From an uncultured Rivularia sp. (GTDB lineage Bacteria; Cyanobacteriota; Cyanobacteriia; Cyanobacteriales; Nostocaceae): a stretch of DNA of 64,000 bases. The notes beneath the pieces are model-generated. The model worked only from the letters and a program-made list of their open reading frames with translations, did not search any database and had not been told where the DNA came from. Shown piece after piece: positions 1-9,932 of this stretch. Every line of letters starts with the position of its first letter. Position 1 is the stretch's first letter. The DNA is taken from the NCBI GenBank assembly GCA_963665115.1, contig OY762007.1:2944001-3008000 (forward strand), written 5' to 3'. The position numbers were made by a program, and so were the translations under genes.

Positions 1-751
1 GGCATATTTTGCTTGGCAGACAATTGGAAAATTTTTAGTCAGAGATGGTAAAGAGATTATTATCGAATCTTTACAAACTGCTGAAGAAAGAATGATTCGT
101 TTACCGCTTGTGGGAACTATTTCAGCGGTACTGCTTCATCAACGCGGGTTATTAGTTTTACACTCTAGCGCTGTGGCTATCGACGGAAAAGTAGTTTCTT
201 TTGTTGGTGAAAAAGGGTGGGGTAAGTCAACAATGGCTGCAACCCTTTACGGAAGGGGACATATTCTTATGTCTGATGATGTAGTTGCTTTAGACATGAG
301 TAACCCAACAAAACCTATGGTTATTCCTGGTTTCCCACAGTTCAAGCTATACCCTGAAGCCGCAGCTTTTTCTCTTGGAGATAACCCTGAAACGTTACCC
401 ATAGTTGCTTCTGGCTATGACAAGCGGATTCGCCGCATTACTGAGAATTTCTCAGTACAATCTTTTCCTCTAACTCATATCTTTGTTTTAGGACAAGGTT
501 CGGTACCAGAAATCAAGCCACTGTCAAATCAAGAGTCTTTAATACAATTAATTACTCATTCTTACGCAAGTAGATTTGGTCAGAAACTGTTAACTGGAAA
601 CAGAGCGGCACAACATCTTCATAATTGTACGTCATTAATTAAAAATATATCTATTTATAGTTTAGAACGTCCCAAATCTTTGCCATTATTATCAGAAATA
701 GCACAGTTAGTAGAGACGCAAACTCAAAAAATAGCTCAAATATTAGTGTAG
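1..751 (+). CDS. HPr kinase/phosphorylase-like P-loop kinase (lasso-cluster type), 5'-truncated by window edge
   Basis: LHSSAV motif, Walker A GEKGWGKST, and SDD motif. The frame is open from position 2 (AYFAWQTIGKFLVRDG...), so the real start is upstream of the window. Confidence 0.8.
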   Translation, partial: AYFAWQTIGKFLVRDGKEIIIESLQTAEERMIRLPLVGTISAVLLHQRGLLVLHSSAVAIDGKVVSFVGEKGWGKSTMAATLYGRGHILMSDDVVALDMSNPTKPMVIPGFPQFKLYPEAAAFSLGDNPETLPIVASGYDKRIRRITENFSVQSFPLTHIFVLGQGSVPEIKPLSNQESLIQLITHSYASRFGQKLLTGNRAAQHLHNCTSLIKNISIYSLERPKSLPLLSEIAQLVETQTQKIAQILV

Positions 752-898
752 TTATTAACTTGCCGATACAAAAATATAATCTGGCAAGTTAATTAGTTTT
801 ATTACAAGTATAATCATAGAGTGCGGCTCAAAAGTTAAATTAATTACATGGAATTCCAAATAACATAATATAAATTTCAAAAACCAACAATTACACCC

Positions 899-2029
899 AT
901 GAAAACTTTATCTAAACCCGATACTAAAAACCAGATAATCAATACTTGTCCCGAAATAGAACTACTTCTATCTTCCCTTAACCCCGATATTAATGATGCT
1001 GTAACAGAACGCATCAAAGCATTAGTTAAACAAAACATTGATTGGCAATACTTAACCCAAACAGCAGATAGACATGGGGTATTATCTCTACTATATTCTC
1101 GCATCAATAATATTTGCCCAGAAGCGGTACCAGAACTACTCTTAAATCAATGGCGCAACAGTTTTCAATACGTTGCACAACGCAACTTGTTTTTAACAGG
1201 TGAACTTGTCAATCTTCTGAAATTATTAAAAGAACAAAATATTGTAGCTTTACCTTATAAAGGACCTATTTTAGCGACTTTAGTTTACAAAAATGTGGCT
1301 CTGCGACGTTTCGGAGATTTAGATATTATCGTACAACAAAAAGATATCTTTGCAGTACGAGAACTATTAATAGCCCAGGGATATCGACTTTACAAAGAAA
1401 TGACTGATGCGGAGTTGGTAAAATACCTAAACTCTAAAACCGAGCATACTTATGATTTTATTCATGAAGATAAAAATGTCTTTTTAGAAATTCACTGGCG
1501 AATTGCACCGAAGTATATCACTCCTATCGAAGCGAAAGATTTGTGGCAAGATTTAGAATCTTTTTCTTTAGCTGGTACAACTATAAACAACTTACCTTTA
1601 GAAGATTGGCTACCAATTCTCTGCGTGCATGGTTCCAGACACGTATGGGAACGTTTATCATGGCTGTGCGACATCGCAACGTTGATTCATAAAAATCCAA
1701 ATATAAATTGGGAAAAAGTTGTCCAAAAGGCTAATCTGTGGGGTTGTCAGCGGATGCTATTTTTGGGACTTTATATGGCACATGATTTATTTGGTGTTAG
1801 CTTACCCACAGAAATTTGGCAGCAAATGAAAAAGGTTGAGCCTATATTAAGTGGTATTGCTCCCCAAGTATATAAGCAGCTTTTTGGCGAAGTTAGAACT
1901 TCTGATAAATTTATGGGAAGAACTCTTTATCACATTCAGGTAAGAGAACGTTTAAACCATAAAATTTTGTATATTCAATCTTTTATTTACTGGTTGGTTA
2001 AAGGTAAAAAGGAGATAGTTGATAAATAA
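899..2029 (+). CDS. Nucleotidyltransferase family protein (NTP_transf_5-like)
   Basis: YKGP..LA..Y...ALRRFGDLDIIV, EIHW and W.RL.WLCD motifs. Confidence 0.8.
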   Translation: MKTLSKPDTKNQIINTCPEIELLLSSLNPDINDAVTERIKALVKQNIDWQYLTQTADRHGVLSLLYSRINNICPEAVPELLLNQWRNSFQYVAQRNLFLTGELVNLLKLLKEQNIVALPYKGPILATLVYKNVALRRFGDLDIIVQQKDIFAVRELLIAQGYRLYKEMTDAELVKYLNSKTEHTYDFIHEDKNVFLEIHWRIAPKYITPIEAKDLWQDLESFSLAGTTINNLPLEDWLPILCVHGSRHVWERLSWLCDIATLIHKNPNINWEKVVQKANLWGCQRMLFLGLYMAHDLFGVSLPTEIWQQMKKVEPILSGIAPQVYKQLFGEVRTSDKFMGRTLYHIQVRERLNHKILYIQSFIYWLVKGKKEIVDK

Positions 2030-2081
2030 TTATGAATATATTTTTAAATTAAATTCGTATTAATACTAAATATATATGAAC

Positions 2082-2126
2082 CCGTTAGTTAGATTGAAAT
2101 AAAAGCTCAACTAACGGTTTTTTTTT
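2082..2126 (+). terminator. Intrinsic terminator between convergent loci
   Basis: ccgttagtt / aactaacgg inverted repeat followed by a T9 run. Confidence 0.65.
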
Positions 2127-2184
2127 GGGTTCTTGAAGAGTTCGCCTATCTCAAGAAAATGCTATAACTGTAAAGTCTTTTTTG

Positions 2185-3579
2185 TTAAACATCTGCATCT
2201 GTAGCTAAATATGCGGCAAGCAAATGCTCGCGCTTCGCAATTCGTCGCTCGTGCCATTGTAGACCTATAACAATCGCTATTACTATTGTTTGAGCGGGTT
2301 CTTCCATCTGAGTAATAATCCAACCATAGACAAACAGCGTCATCAGATTAAATCTAGAAAAGTCATCCTTAGCAATACGACTCCACACGATATAGCAAAG
2401 GTACAAATAAATCCCCAAGCCTAAAAGCCCTAAATCTCCCCAAATACCAGCCCAGCTAAACATAGGAATAAACAAAGAAGATTCCTGAACAAGCCAATCA
2501 TTTTGAAGTGCATTCCAAGTTTCGATGCTGGCTGGATGAATTGTAGCCCCTAAAGGAACCAGCATATTTTGATAATCTCGGAGTACCCATCCCCCGACTC
2601 GTCCTATAGTATGTCCCGGTCCAAGACCTAATAACCAATTTAAGGGAGACTTGTAATGCGAAAGAACAATGCGAATACCTGCAAATTTACTATTCACAGC
2701 CTGACCATCAGGACCGTAAAGATGAGTTCTTTCCGACCAATATTTAATAGCATCTAAACCTTCTATATTTAAGTTTTGCACTGCCCAAACAAAGATTCCT
2801 ACAACAAGAATAAAGCTGATAGCATAAGTTAGTGTTTTGCCTAAGTTATTGAATTTAGTAAATAATAAAAGTAACCAGGCTATAAAAAATGTTAAAATAA
2901 TTTGCTTTGAATCAGAAATCAAAACTTGATAAAATGCTGCTATTAACCAAAATATTCGTATCCATATAGGAGCAATTTTAGCATTAAGAAAATAGTACAA
3001 AGCAACAGCTAATGAAATAGAGCAAGATACATAATTACCTGCTCCTGATAAATAAAATACACCTTGAACAGCATCTTGAGGGGTATACGGTAATCGAGGA
3101 ATCATACCAGAATCTATCAAAGGCTTCTGAATAAAAGCAGTCAATAAGTTGATTACGCAGGCAACTAGCAACCAAGTCCTGATTTTTTGATAATTTTCTT
3201 TGGAGAGAGGTATACAAATTATTGCCAGTAGTACTATAAAGGGTTCGGCAAGTATCATGTAATCCAAAAATATATTAATCTCGCCAGCCTTATTTAATAA
3301 TGCGCTGGCTATCATAACTCCAAGTAAGAGGAGACAACCAGTCATAAGTTCCCATGAAATTGCTATTTGTGTTTTGTTGTTAGTACGGCTTTTTGAAATG
3401 GCAACAGCAAGAGTAAAGGGAGCTATTAAAAAGTGTAAAAAATTGATGGCAGATGGCGCACCTGCCGCTGCAATAATTCTTGGGAAAAAAGCAGCTATAA
3501 ATGTTATCAATATTAACGTTACGCTTGTAAGATATATTGGTTTTTTTTCTTTTATAACCTGTTGTTTTATCGAGTACAT
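2185..3579 (-). CDS. Polytopic membrane protein, putative Wzy polymerase / O-antigen ligase-like
   Basis: About 10+ hydrophobic segments, a large loop with GLGPG, and GDLGLLGL. Last gene of the glycan cluster. Confidence 0.6.
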   Translation of the reverse strand: MYSIKQQVIKEKKPIYLTSVTLILITFIAAFFPRIIAAAGAPSAINFLHFLIAPFTLAVAISKSRTNNKTQIAISWELMTGCLLLLGVMIASALLNKAGEINIFLDYMILAEPFIVLLAIICIPLSKENYQKIRTWLLVACVINLLTAFIQKPLIDSGMIPRLPYTPQDAVQGVFYLSGAGNYVSCSISLAVALYYFLNAKIAPIWIRIFWLIAAFYQVLISDSKQIILTFFIAWLLLLFTKFNNLGKTLTYAISFILVVGIFVWAVQNLNIEGLDAIKYWSERTHLYGPDGQAVNSKFAGIRIVLSHYKSPLNWLLGLGPGHTIGRVGGWVLRDYQNMLVPLGATIHPASIETWNALQNDWLVQESSLFIPMFSWAGIWGDLGLLGLGIYLYLCYIVWSRIAKDDFSRFNLMTLFVYGWIITQMEEPAQTIVIAIVIGLQWHERRIAKREHLLAAYLATDADV

Positions 3580-3767
3580 TTAATTTATCGTTTTAGTTAC
3601 AGGGTGGTTTCAACAATTTAGATGTATGACTTACGTAAAGCCTCACTTTATAAGGGGGATTCGCGGGATCAGAATTTGTGGAACACTAGTTTTATCGTTC
3701 AGATTGCGAAAATCCTAAGATGGTTAGTTACAAATCATTTTAAACTTCAATTAGACGGTAAAGCCTT

Positions 3768-4886
3768 TTATTTTAAAGCAGAATACAAATTTAGATATTG
3801 AAACGCTACTTTTTCTTTAGAAAAGCGATAATCTGGAGAAGTTTTCTCTAAATCAGTCTGGATAATATTGTGAATAGCTTCTGTTAAATTTTTGACAGGT
3901 TCGCTTTCTAAATTAAAATAAGTGCAGTTTAAATTACCAATTTCTTTAAAGATTGGAATATCAGAACAGACCACTTTACAGCCAAGATAAAGTGCTTCAG
4001 CCAGTGGCAAGCAAAAACCTTCAGTGGAAGAAGGGATTACCAGAAGTTTACAGTTTTTATATAGCCAGCATAATTCTTCGTCATCTATCGATGAAAGCAT
4101 ATGTACGCTGTCTTTTAAAGAAAGGGTGTCGATCAAATTACAAAGATTTTCTGTCTCCGGTCCGGGACTTCCAACTAAAACAAGTTTTATTGATTGTAAG
4201 TAATTATTTTTTAATAATAGAGAATATGATTGTATTAAAATATTTAAATTTTTATTTTTACGATGCTGGGCTACAGCAAGTAAGAAAGGAGTATTAATAG
4301 AATAACTTATATTTTGAGGAACTCTGGGTTCTACATTACTAAAATCCACATAATTGTAAACTACAGCAGTTTTTTTATGTTTATCAACATAAGGAAAAAA
4401 CTTTGTAAGTGATTCTGAAGTCTGATGAGAAACACATGAAAGCCCATCACTATTTTGAATACACTGCTTTAAAAATAATTGATTGAACAAAACATTTGGA
4501 TAACCAAAGTTTTCTGGAAATTCATAAGGATACAAGTCATGAATAGTGGTAACAACAGGACAAGAACAAAGTGAGCGAATAAATGGTAATGGAAAAGAAT
4601 GATGAATAATATCCGATTTTAGTTGTTTGGCAAGTTTTGCTAAACCATACATAAACCAAGCATTTCGAGAAAACGAGCTATTTTTGATGTCTATATAAAC
4701 TATTTTTATTTTTTTAGAAGACAGATTGAATGATGTTTGAAAATAATCTTTTTGCCATACTCCTATTACCAAAGTAACTCGATTAACTTGTTCAGTATCA
4801 GCAAGACATTCCGCCAGATTAGCAGCATGTCTACAAACTCCAGTAGGTTTAGTCGGTCTGTGTAAAGCAGCAATCAATATATGCAT
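3768..4886 (-). CDS. Glycosyltransferase family 4
   Basis: TIHDL, HRKNKN and EGFCLPLAEA (EX7E). Confidence 0.9.
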   Translation of the reverse strand: MHILIAALHRPTKPTGVCRHAANLAECLADTEQVNRVTLVIGVWQKDYFQTSFNLSSKKIKIVYIDIKNSSFSRNAWFMYGLAKLAKQLKSDIIHHSFPLPFIRSLCSCPVVTTIHDLYPYEFPENFGYPNVLFNQLFLKQCIQNSDGLSCVSHQTSESLTKFFPYVDKHKKTAVVYNYVDFSNVEPRVPQNISYSINTPFLLAVAQHRKNKNLNILIQSYSLLLKNNYLQSIKLVLVGSPGPETENLCNLIDTLSLKDSVHMLSSIDDEELCWLYKNCKLLVIPSSTEGFCLPLAEALYLGCKVVCSDIPIFKEIGNLNCTYFNLESEPVKNLTEAIHNIIQTDLEKTSPDYRFSKEKVAFQYLNLYSALK

Positions 4887-4941
4887 AAGAGCTTATGAAC
4901 TATAAAATTAGAATATAAATTGGGATCTACAAAAGCGATCG

Positions 4942-6198
4942 CTATCTTAAAGCAGTTACTATATTTTTCTCTTTCCGGAGGACAATATCGGAATATAACA
5001 CAGCCAAACGTTCACCTCTATGTTCCCAAGTAAAAGCCTCTGTGGTTAACTTCTGTCCTACTTTCCCCATCCGCAACCGCAATTCAGAATTATTAGCAAG
5101 AGTCACTATTACCTTAGATAAGTCATTAACTGCTTGCTCTGGATCGATTGCAGGCACCTTAAAACCAGTTTCTTCAGTTACTAGTAAAGCAGGTCCTCCT
5201 AAATCTAGGCAAATGACCGGACGACCTGCTGCCATTGCTTCCATACATACCAATCCGCCAGAGTCATGTAAGCTAGGATGAACCAGTGTATGACATTCCC
5301 CTAACTTTGCTAAAGTCTCTTCACGAGGTAGCTCACCCCAGAATTTTACTTGTTGAGCAATTCCCAATTCTTGAGCTAGCATTTGTAGGCGATCGCGTTC
5401 GGGACCGTCTCCTAAAATCCAGTATTCGGCATTCGGTAAGTTTGCTAAAGCAAAGGCTTTGATCCCCAGATGAAAGCCTTTCCAATGCAGTAATCTGCCG
5501 ATACTGATAAATCTCAGTGATGAGGGATCGGGCATCTCGTACTTAGCAAGATCGGCTATTTCCGCGTGTGTTAGTCCGATTGCAGGCATAATTTGCACAT
5601 CACCTACTCCCATTCGGTAAATTCGCTTAGCTGTATCTTCAGTAGTGGCACCAATTACAGCGCTTTTTTTTGCAGTCAAATGTACGAAGGGGTCAAGTTC
5701 TCCTAATGAGCGAGTCAAGCTCCTGGCAATTTCATAAACTTTGGCACGTAAACTAAAATCTTTCCAAAAAGCTTTTGGGGCTGTTTCGCCTCCCCCAACT
5801 GGTCCCCAAATAAACGGAACATTCAGCAGTGATAAAAAGCTAGGATTTGAATATTTTACAAATGTGACATGATGCATGGCATCAAAGCCAATTTCGCGGT
5901 GTAGGCGACGAGCAACAAAGTATGCTTGAATCTGCCACAAATAGTAGTGAATTTGCATCGCACCGCTCGACCCCCAACGCCAAAGGTCACTTAATATAGG
6001 TATATTAAAATATATAAAATGCATATTAGGGACTGGATTTTGAGCTAACTCAGCTTCAATCACTTCTCCACTTTCTTCAAAGCGAGTCAAAATCCAGACT
6101 TCGTGATGATTGGCAACTTCGCGAGCGACATTCCAACCGACACCACGTTCGGAACCTTTACCTGGTTCGCACGAGTAGGCAGATATTAGAATTTTCAT
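4942..6198 (-). CDS. Glycosyltransferase family 4
   Basis: SAYSCEPGKGSE, GRLLHWKG and DSGGLVCMEAMAAG. Confidence 0.9.
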   Translation of the reverse strand: MKILISAYSCEPGKGSERGVGWNVAREVANHHEVWILTRFEESGEVIEAELAQNPVPNMHFIYFNIPILSDLWRWGSSGAMQIHYYLWQIQAYFVARRLHREIGFDAMHHVTFVKYSNPSFLSLLNVPFIWGPVGGGETAPKAFWKDFSLRAKVYEIARSLTRSLGELDPFVHLTAKKSAVIGATTEDTAKRIYRMGVGDVQIMPAIGLTHAEIADLAKYEMPDPSSLRFISIGRLLHWKGFHLGIKAFALANLPNAEYWILGDGPERDRLQMLAQELGIAQQVKFWGELPREETLAKLGECHTLVHPSLHDSGGLVCMEAMAAGRPVICLDLGGPALLVTEETGFKVPAIDPEQAVNDLSKVIVTLANNSELRLRMGKVGQKLTTEAFTWEHRGERLAVLYSDIVLRKEKNIVTALR

Positions 6199-6265
6199 GT
6201 TTATAGCACCTCCTTATAATTTAGATCGCTTTTGGATAAATAAGAACAAATAAGAATTGATATAA

Positions 6266-7396
6266 CTATTTTGATACAGCTAATTCTTTTTTAAATACTA
6301 ATTTTTCATAAATTTGGGCGATTTGTTCTGCTGTTTCTTCCCAAGTAAACAATTTAGCTCTTGCTATTCCTTTTTTCACTGATTCCTGATAGTAATCTGG
6401 ATTATTGTGAAGATGGCTTACTGCATCTGCTATTGCTTGAACGTCCGTTGGTTCAACTAAAATTCCGGCATCTGCTACCACTTCGGGCATTGCTGATACT
6501 TTTGAACTGATAACTGGAGTACCGCAAGCCATTGCTTCTAAAAGAGTAATCCCAAATCCTTCATGTAAAGAAGGTGCTATCAGTATATCGGCAGCATTGT
6601 AAATTTCTCGCAAATCTTCTTTATTTGGTTTGCCTAAATAACTGATATAACTTTCTAATTCTTCAGCCTGAATATAAGCTTTTTGTTCTTCTGTAAAATC
6701 TGTACCAGCTTTCAAAAAATGAAAATATAATTTATTTTGCTTGAGAATATTTATTGCTTTTAATATATTAGTAATATTTTTTCGAGGATGATTGGAACCT
6801 ACATTTAGTAAGCACAAAGTTTCCGATCCTATACCTTGTTGTTCTCGAAATGATTCGGCTTGTGCTTTTGGTAATGGGTTAAAAATCTTATCAACAGCGT
6901 TGGGAATTACAGAAATATTTGATGGTTGAATATCTAATATTTCAGTTGTATCCTTAGCTGTCATCGAAGAAACAGCAACAATACTATCTGCTCTCTTCAT
7001 ACCTTTAATAGCATATAACCACATAAAACGACTGATAAAAGGTAATTCTACGGAATTCTTTAGATTATCTTTGTAATAATAATTAACCAGATCGTGACAG
7101 GTAACGACAACAGATTTATTTTTATTTTTTAACCAATAAGTAATATGTGCTTCGCTTGGATCTATGATATGAAAAATATCCGCTGTTTGCTGCGTTACCT
7201 GTTGCGGAAAACGCCAAAAACGTTCGTAGTATTTTTTTGCTCTTAGATATAAAGAACTACTTCTTCTATCAATAGCTTGTGGCTTAATATCTACTATTTC
7301 CCAGTTTGGACGCACCGCTCGAAATCCTGAAATGATGCCATTGGTATAAACATCCATACTAAATTCAGGCATCATTCGCACAATTGCTATACGCAT
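6266..7396 (-). CDS. Glycosyltransferase family 4
   Basis: TCHDL, PRKN and EGFGITLLEAMACG. Confidence 0.9.
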   Translation of the reverse strand: MRIAIVRMMPEFSMDVYTNGIISGFRAVRPNWEIVDIKPQAIDRRSSSLYLRAKKYYERFWRFPQQVTQQTADIFHIIDPSEAHITYWLKNKNKSVVVTCHDLVNYYYKDNLKNSVELPFISRFMWLYAIKGMKRADSIVAVSSMTAKDTTEILDIQPSNISVIPNAVDKIFNPLPKAQAESFREQQGIGSETLCLLNVGSNHPRKNITNILKAINILKQNKLYFHFLKAGTDFTEEQKAYIQAEELESYISYLGKPNKEDLREIYNAADILIAPSLHEGFGITLLEAMACGTPVISSKVSAMPEVVADAGILVEPTDVQAIADAVSHLHNNPDYYQESVKKGIARAKLFTWEETAEQIAQIYEKLVFKKELAVSK

Positions 7397-7454
7397 TACT
7401 AACCTCTAACCCTCAAAACAAAATATTATTTGCATTTATTTAAAAGCACTATTC

Positions 7455-7583
7455 TAAGTCCTACGCAAAATTAATTGTGTATTGTCATTGCCAGGAACGA
7501 AGCATATGTCCTATCGGACACGCTCCGCTAACGCAGGGACTTGAAGTTTTCAGAATGTTAAATTAATTTTGCACGAGTACTTA
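7455..7583. mobile_element. MITE-like element with a nested short dispersed repeat
   Basis: Imperfect terminal inverted repeats taagtcctacgcaaaattaatt / aattaattttgcacgagtactta. The internal tgtcctatcggacacgctccgctaacgc recurs inverted near 35090. Confidence 0.55.
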
Positions 7584-8759
7584 TATAAGCTTTTCCTGTG
7601 TCATTGTATAAGCTTCACCCTGTGGTTCAATTAATTTTTGCCACAAATTAATCAACCGCTCGGCAATCTTTTCGTGAGTGTAATGCCGATAAACTCTATC
7701 CATGCCGTAACTTCCTGCTTCTTCTCGCCACTGTGGCTCGCGAATCATTTTTTCTAAAATTGCCGCTAGTTCCGCAGCATTATCTTCAGTAAATACCAAG
7801 TCAGATCGTCCAATTACATTGGGAATTTCACCAGAACTTGAACCAACCACCGGCACACCCATTGCCATTGCTTCAATTAGCACATGACCAAATTGTTCTT
7901 TCCAACTTGCAGTAGTTCGTGAAGGTAAGACCAACACATCAAATTTACTGATTTCTTCAGCGGCTCGATCGTGAGGAACTGCACCCCGCCAAGTTACAAG
8001 TTCGGCAATCTGTTGCTTTTGGGCTTCCTCTCTTAGATCTGCTTCATCATTACCAGAACCGCAAAGTATAATCCGGAACTTTAATCCTCGTTTTTTTAAT
8101 TGACGTGCAGCAGCAAATATCAGGTCAATACCCTTTTGATGTGCCAATCTTCCCAAAAAGCCGATTTGTAGTTCATCGCTTTCGTGTTGCGATCGCATAT
8201 CCGCACTAAACAACTGCGTATCAACTCCTAACTGAGGCATAACTTCTATTAATCCGCTATAACCCCACCCGCGCAATAAATCCGCGCCGTCTTGATTGCC
8301 CGCAACAATCAACTTTGCGGTATCTAAAACGAATTTGCGAACCCAGTGACGCGGTAAAGGTAAACCACGCTCCTGGTTTTCCCATCCAAAAAGAACTAAA
8401 GGTTTACCAGTTACATGGCTGTAAATTGCAAACTCCAAAGCACAAAGCGAAAAAACTTCCAGTTCCACGTGTAATACATCTGGCTGAAAGTCTTTGATTA
8501 CCTGTTGGATTTTCCCAGGTGCAAAAATATAAGCGCCTCCTTTCCCAGGAAATGATACGGGGGCGCTATAGTATTTGATATTCTCGTAGGGTGTTTCTAG
8601 TGGCATCTGACGATTCCACTCCGCTGCTTTCCAATTGCTCGGAGCTAACAAACCAACTTCGGCTGAGCCAGTTTTGGCGATCGCGTCAAGTTTTCCTTGA
8701 TTAACTCCGACTACATAGGCATGACTAACAAAAAGTACACGTAAGGGTAATGTTGTCAT
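7581..8759 (-). CDS. Glycosyltransferase family 4 (resembles cyanobacterial HpsO-like GTs)
   Basis: SHAYVVGVNQGK, GRLAHQKG and WKEQFGHVLIEAMAMG. Start placed at the ATG at 8759. Confidence 0.85.
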   Translation of the reverse strand: MTTLPLRVLFVSHAYVVGVNQGKLDAIAKTGSAEVGLLAPSNWKAAEWNRQMPLETPYENIKYYSAPVSFPGKGGAYIFAPGKIQQVIKDFQPDVLHVELEVFSLCALEFAIYSHVTGKPLVLFGWENQERGLPLPRHWVRKFVLDTAKLIVAGNQDGADLLRGWGYSGLIEVMPQLGVDTQLFSADMRSQHESDELQIGFLGRLAHQKGIDLIFAAARQLKKRGLKFRIILCGSGNDEADLREEAQKQQIAELVTWRGAVPHDRAAEEISKFDVLVLPSRTTASWKEQFGHVLIEAMAMGVPVVGSSSGEIPNVIGRSDLVFTEDNAAELAAILEKMIREPQWREEAGSYGMDRVYRHYTHEKIAERLINLWQKLIEPQGEAYTMTQEKLI

Positions 8760-8798
8760 ATAAATACTTAAATTGAGCATACTAAGAAATAACAAAAA

Positions 8799-9884
8799 TC
8801 ACTGTGACTGAAGTGACCATTTGACAAAGCGCTTTAGTTTACTCGAACCATAGACAAGATCGAAGCAGACTTTAAAAAGTTGGTCTGGGAGATATTTACC
8901 CCATCGGAATAATAACTTCTGAGACAAGCCCCATTTACTAAATTCTGGGTGAGTCAAAAGCTGCCGATCTATCTGTTTACGTTCCACCTGGGATAAACCT
9001 TTAAAGCGAGCAAGCAAATAGCGATCGTGACAAACTGCGGCACTATGATGTAAATCTGTTAGGCTTTGTGCAATTTTAGATCCATAAACTCTACTAAGAA
9101 AAAGTTTTTGTTCTTGATATACTCTTTCTAAGGTAAGTTGCTCTTTTTCTAAAAATTCTGGTGTCAAAGTTGCTTGACTGGTAGTATTAGATCCATGCAA
9201 GCGAAACTTACTTAGGGCTTCGAGTGAAGATCCAATTACCGTGATAAATGGAGCAAAGCGGAAAATAAGGCTATCTGCATTCCGTACAAATGCTTCATTT
9301 AAAGGATAAATATATTCAGCAACTTCCCGTCTAATACTTAGCGCAGAAGCTGGGGGTATATTGTAGACAAATCCACCATTTTGTAAGGCGAATTCTCCCA
9401 TCCAATCGGAAGCTAAACGCTTGAACATGGAAGTCGATTTGAGTAAATTCCCTTCACCATCAATTTGAATTACATTGTGAATTACAAAGCCATTTTTAGG
9501 ATCGGATTTAAACAACTTCACAACTTTTTCTAGCTTTGTATTTAACCAAATATCATCTGCATCAAGCAAACAAATTATTTCACCCTTGCTTTCACGATAG
9601 GTAGTATTTAATGCGGTAGCTACACCACCATTTTCTTTGCTAATTAGCTTAATTCTAGAATCTTTTTGGACATAGGTTTCAATGATTTCACAAGAGTTAT
9701 CCTTAGAGCCATCATCGCAAACAATAACTTCAAAATTTTGATACGTTTGACTCAGAACACTATCTAAAGTTTCACTGATATATCGGGCATAATTGTAATT
9801 AGCTACCAATACCGAAACTAAAGGATTTTCGGGAAGTGGGGGAAGTGCGATCGGTTGTAATTTATCGGTTTGAACTTGCTGCAT
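8799..9884 (-). CDS. Glycosyltransferase family 2
   Basis: NYNY, DDGSKD and LDADD. Confidence 0.9.
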   Translation of the reverse strand: MQQVQTDKLQPIALPPLPENPLVSVLVANYNYARYISETLDSVLSQTYQNFEVIVCDDGSKDNSCEIIETYVQKDSRIKLISKENGGVATALNTTYRESKGEIICLLDADDIWLNTKLEKVVKLFKSDPKNGFVIHNVIQIDGEGNLLKSTSMFKRLASDWMGEFALQNGGFVYNIPPASALSIRREVAEYIYPLNEAFVRNADSLIFRFAPFITVIGSSLEALSKFRLHGSNTTSQATLTPEFLEKEQLTLERVYQEQKLFLSRVYGSKIAQSLTDLHHSAAVCHDRYLLARFKGLSQVERKQIDRQLLTHPEFSKWGLSQKLLFRWGKYLPDQLFKVCFDLVYGSSKLKRFVKWSLQSQ

Positions 9885-9932
9885 AAATCTATCTCTATAT
9901 TTGAATTGCTTGTTGATATATTGTGCAAAATA

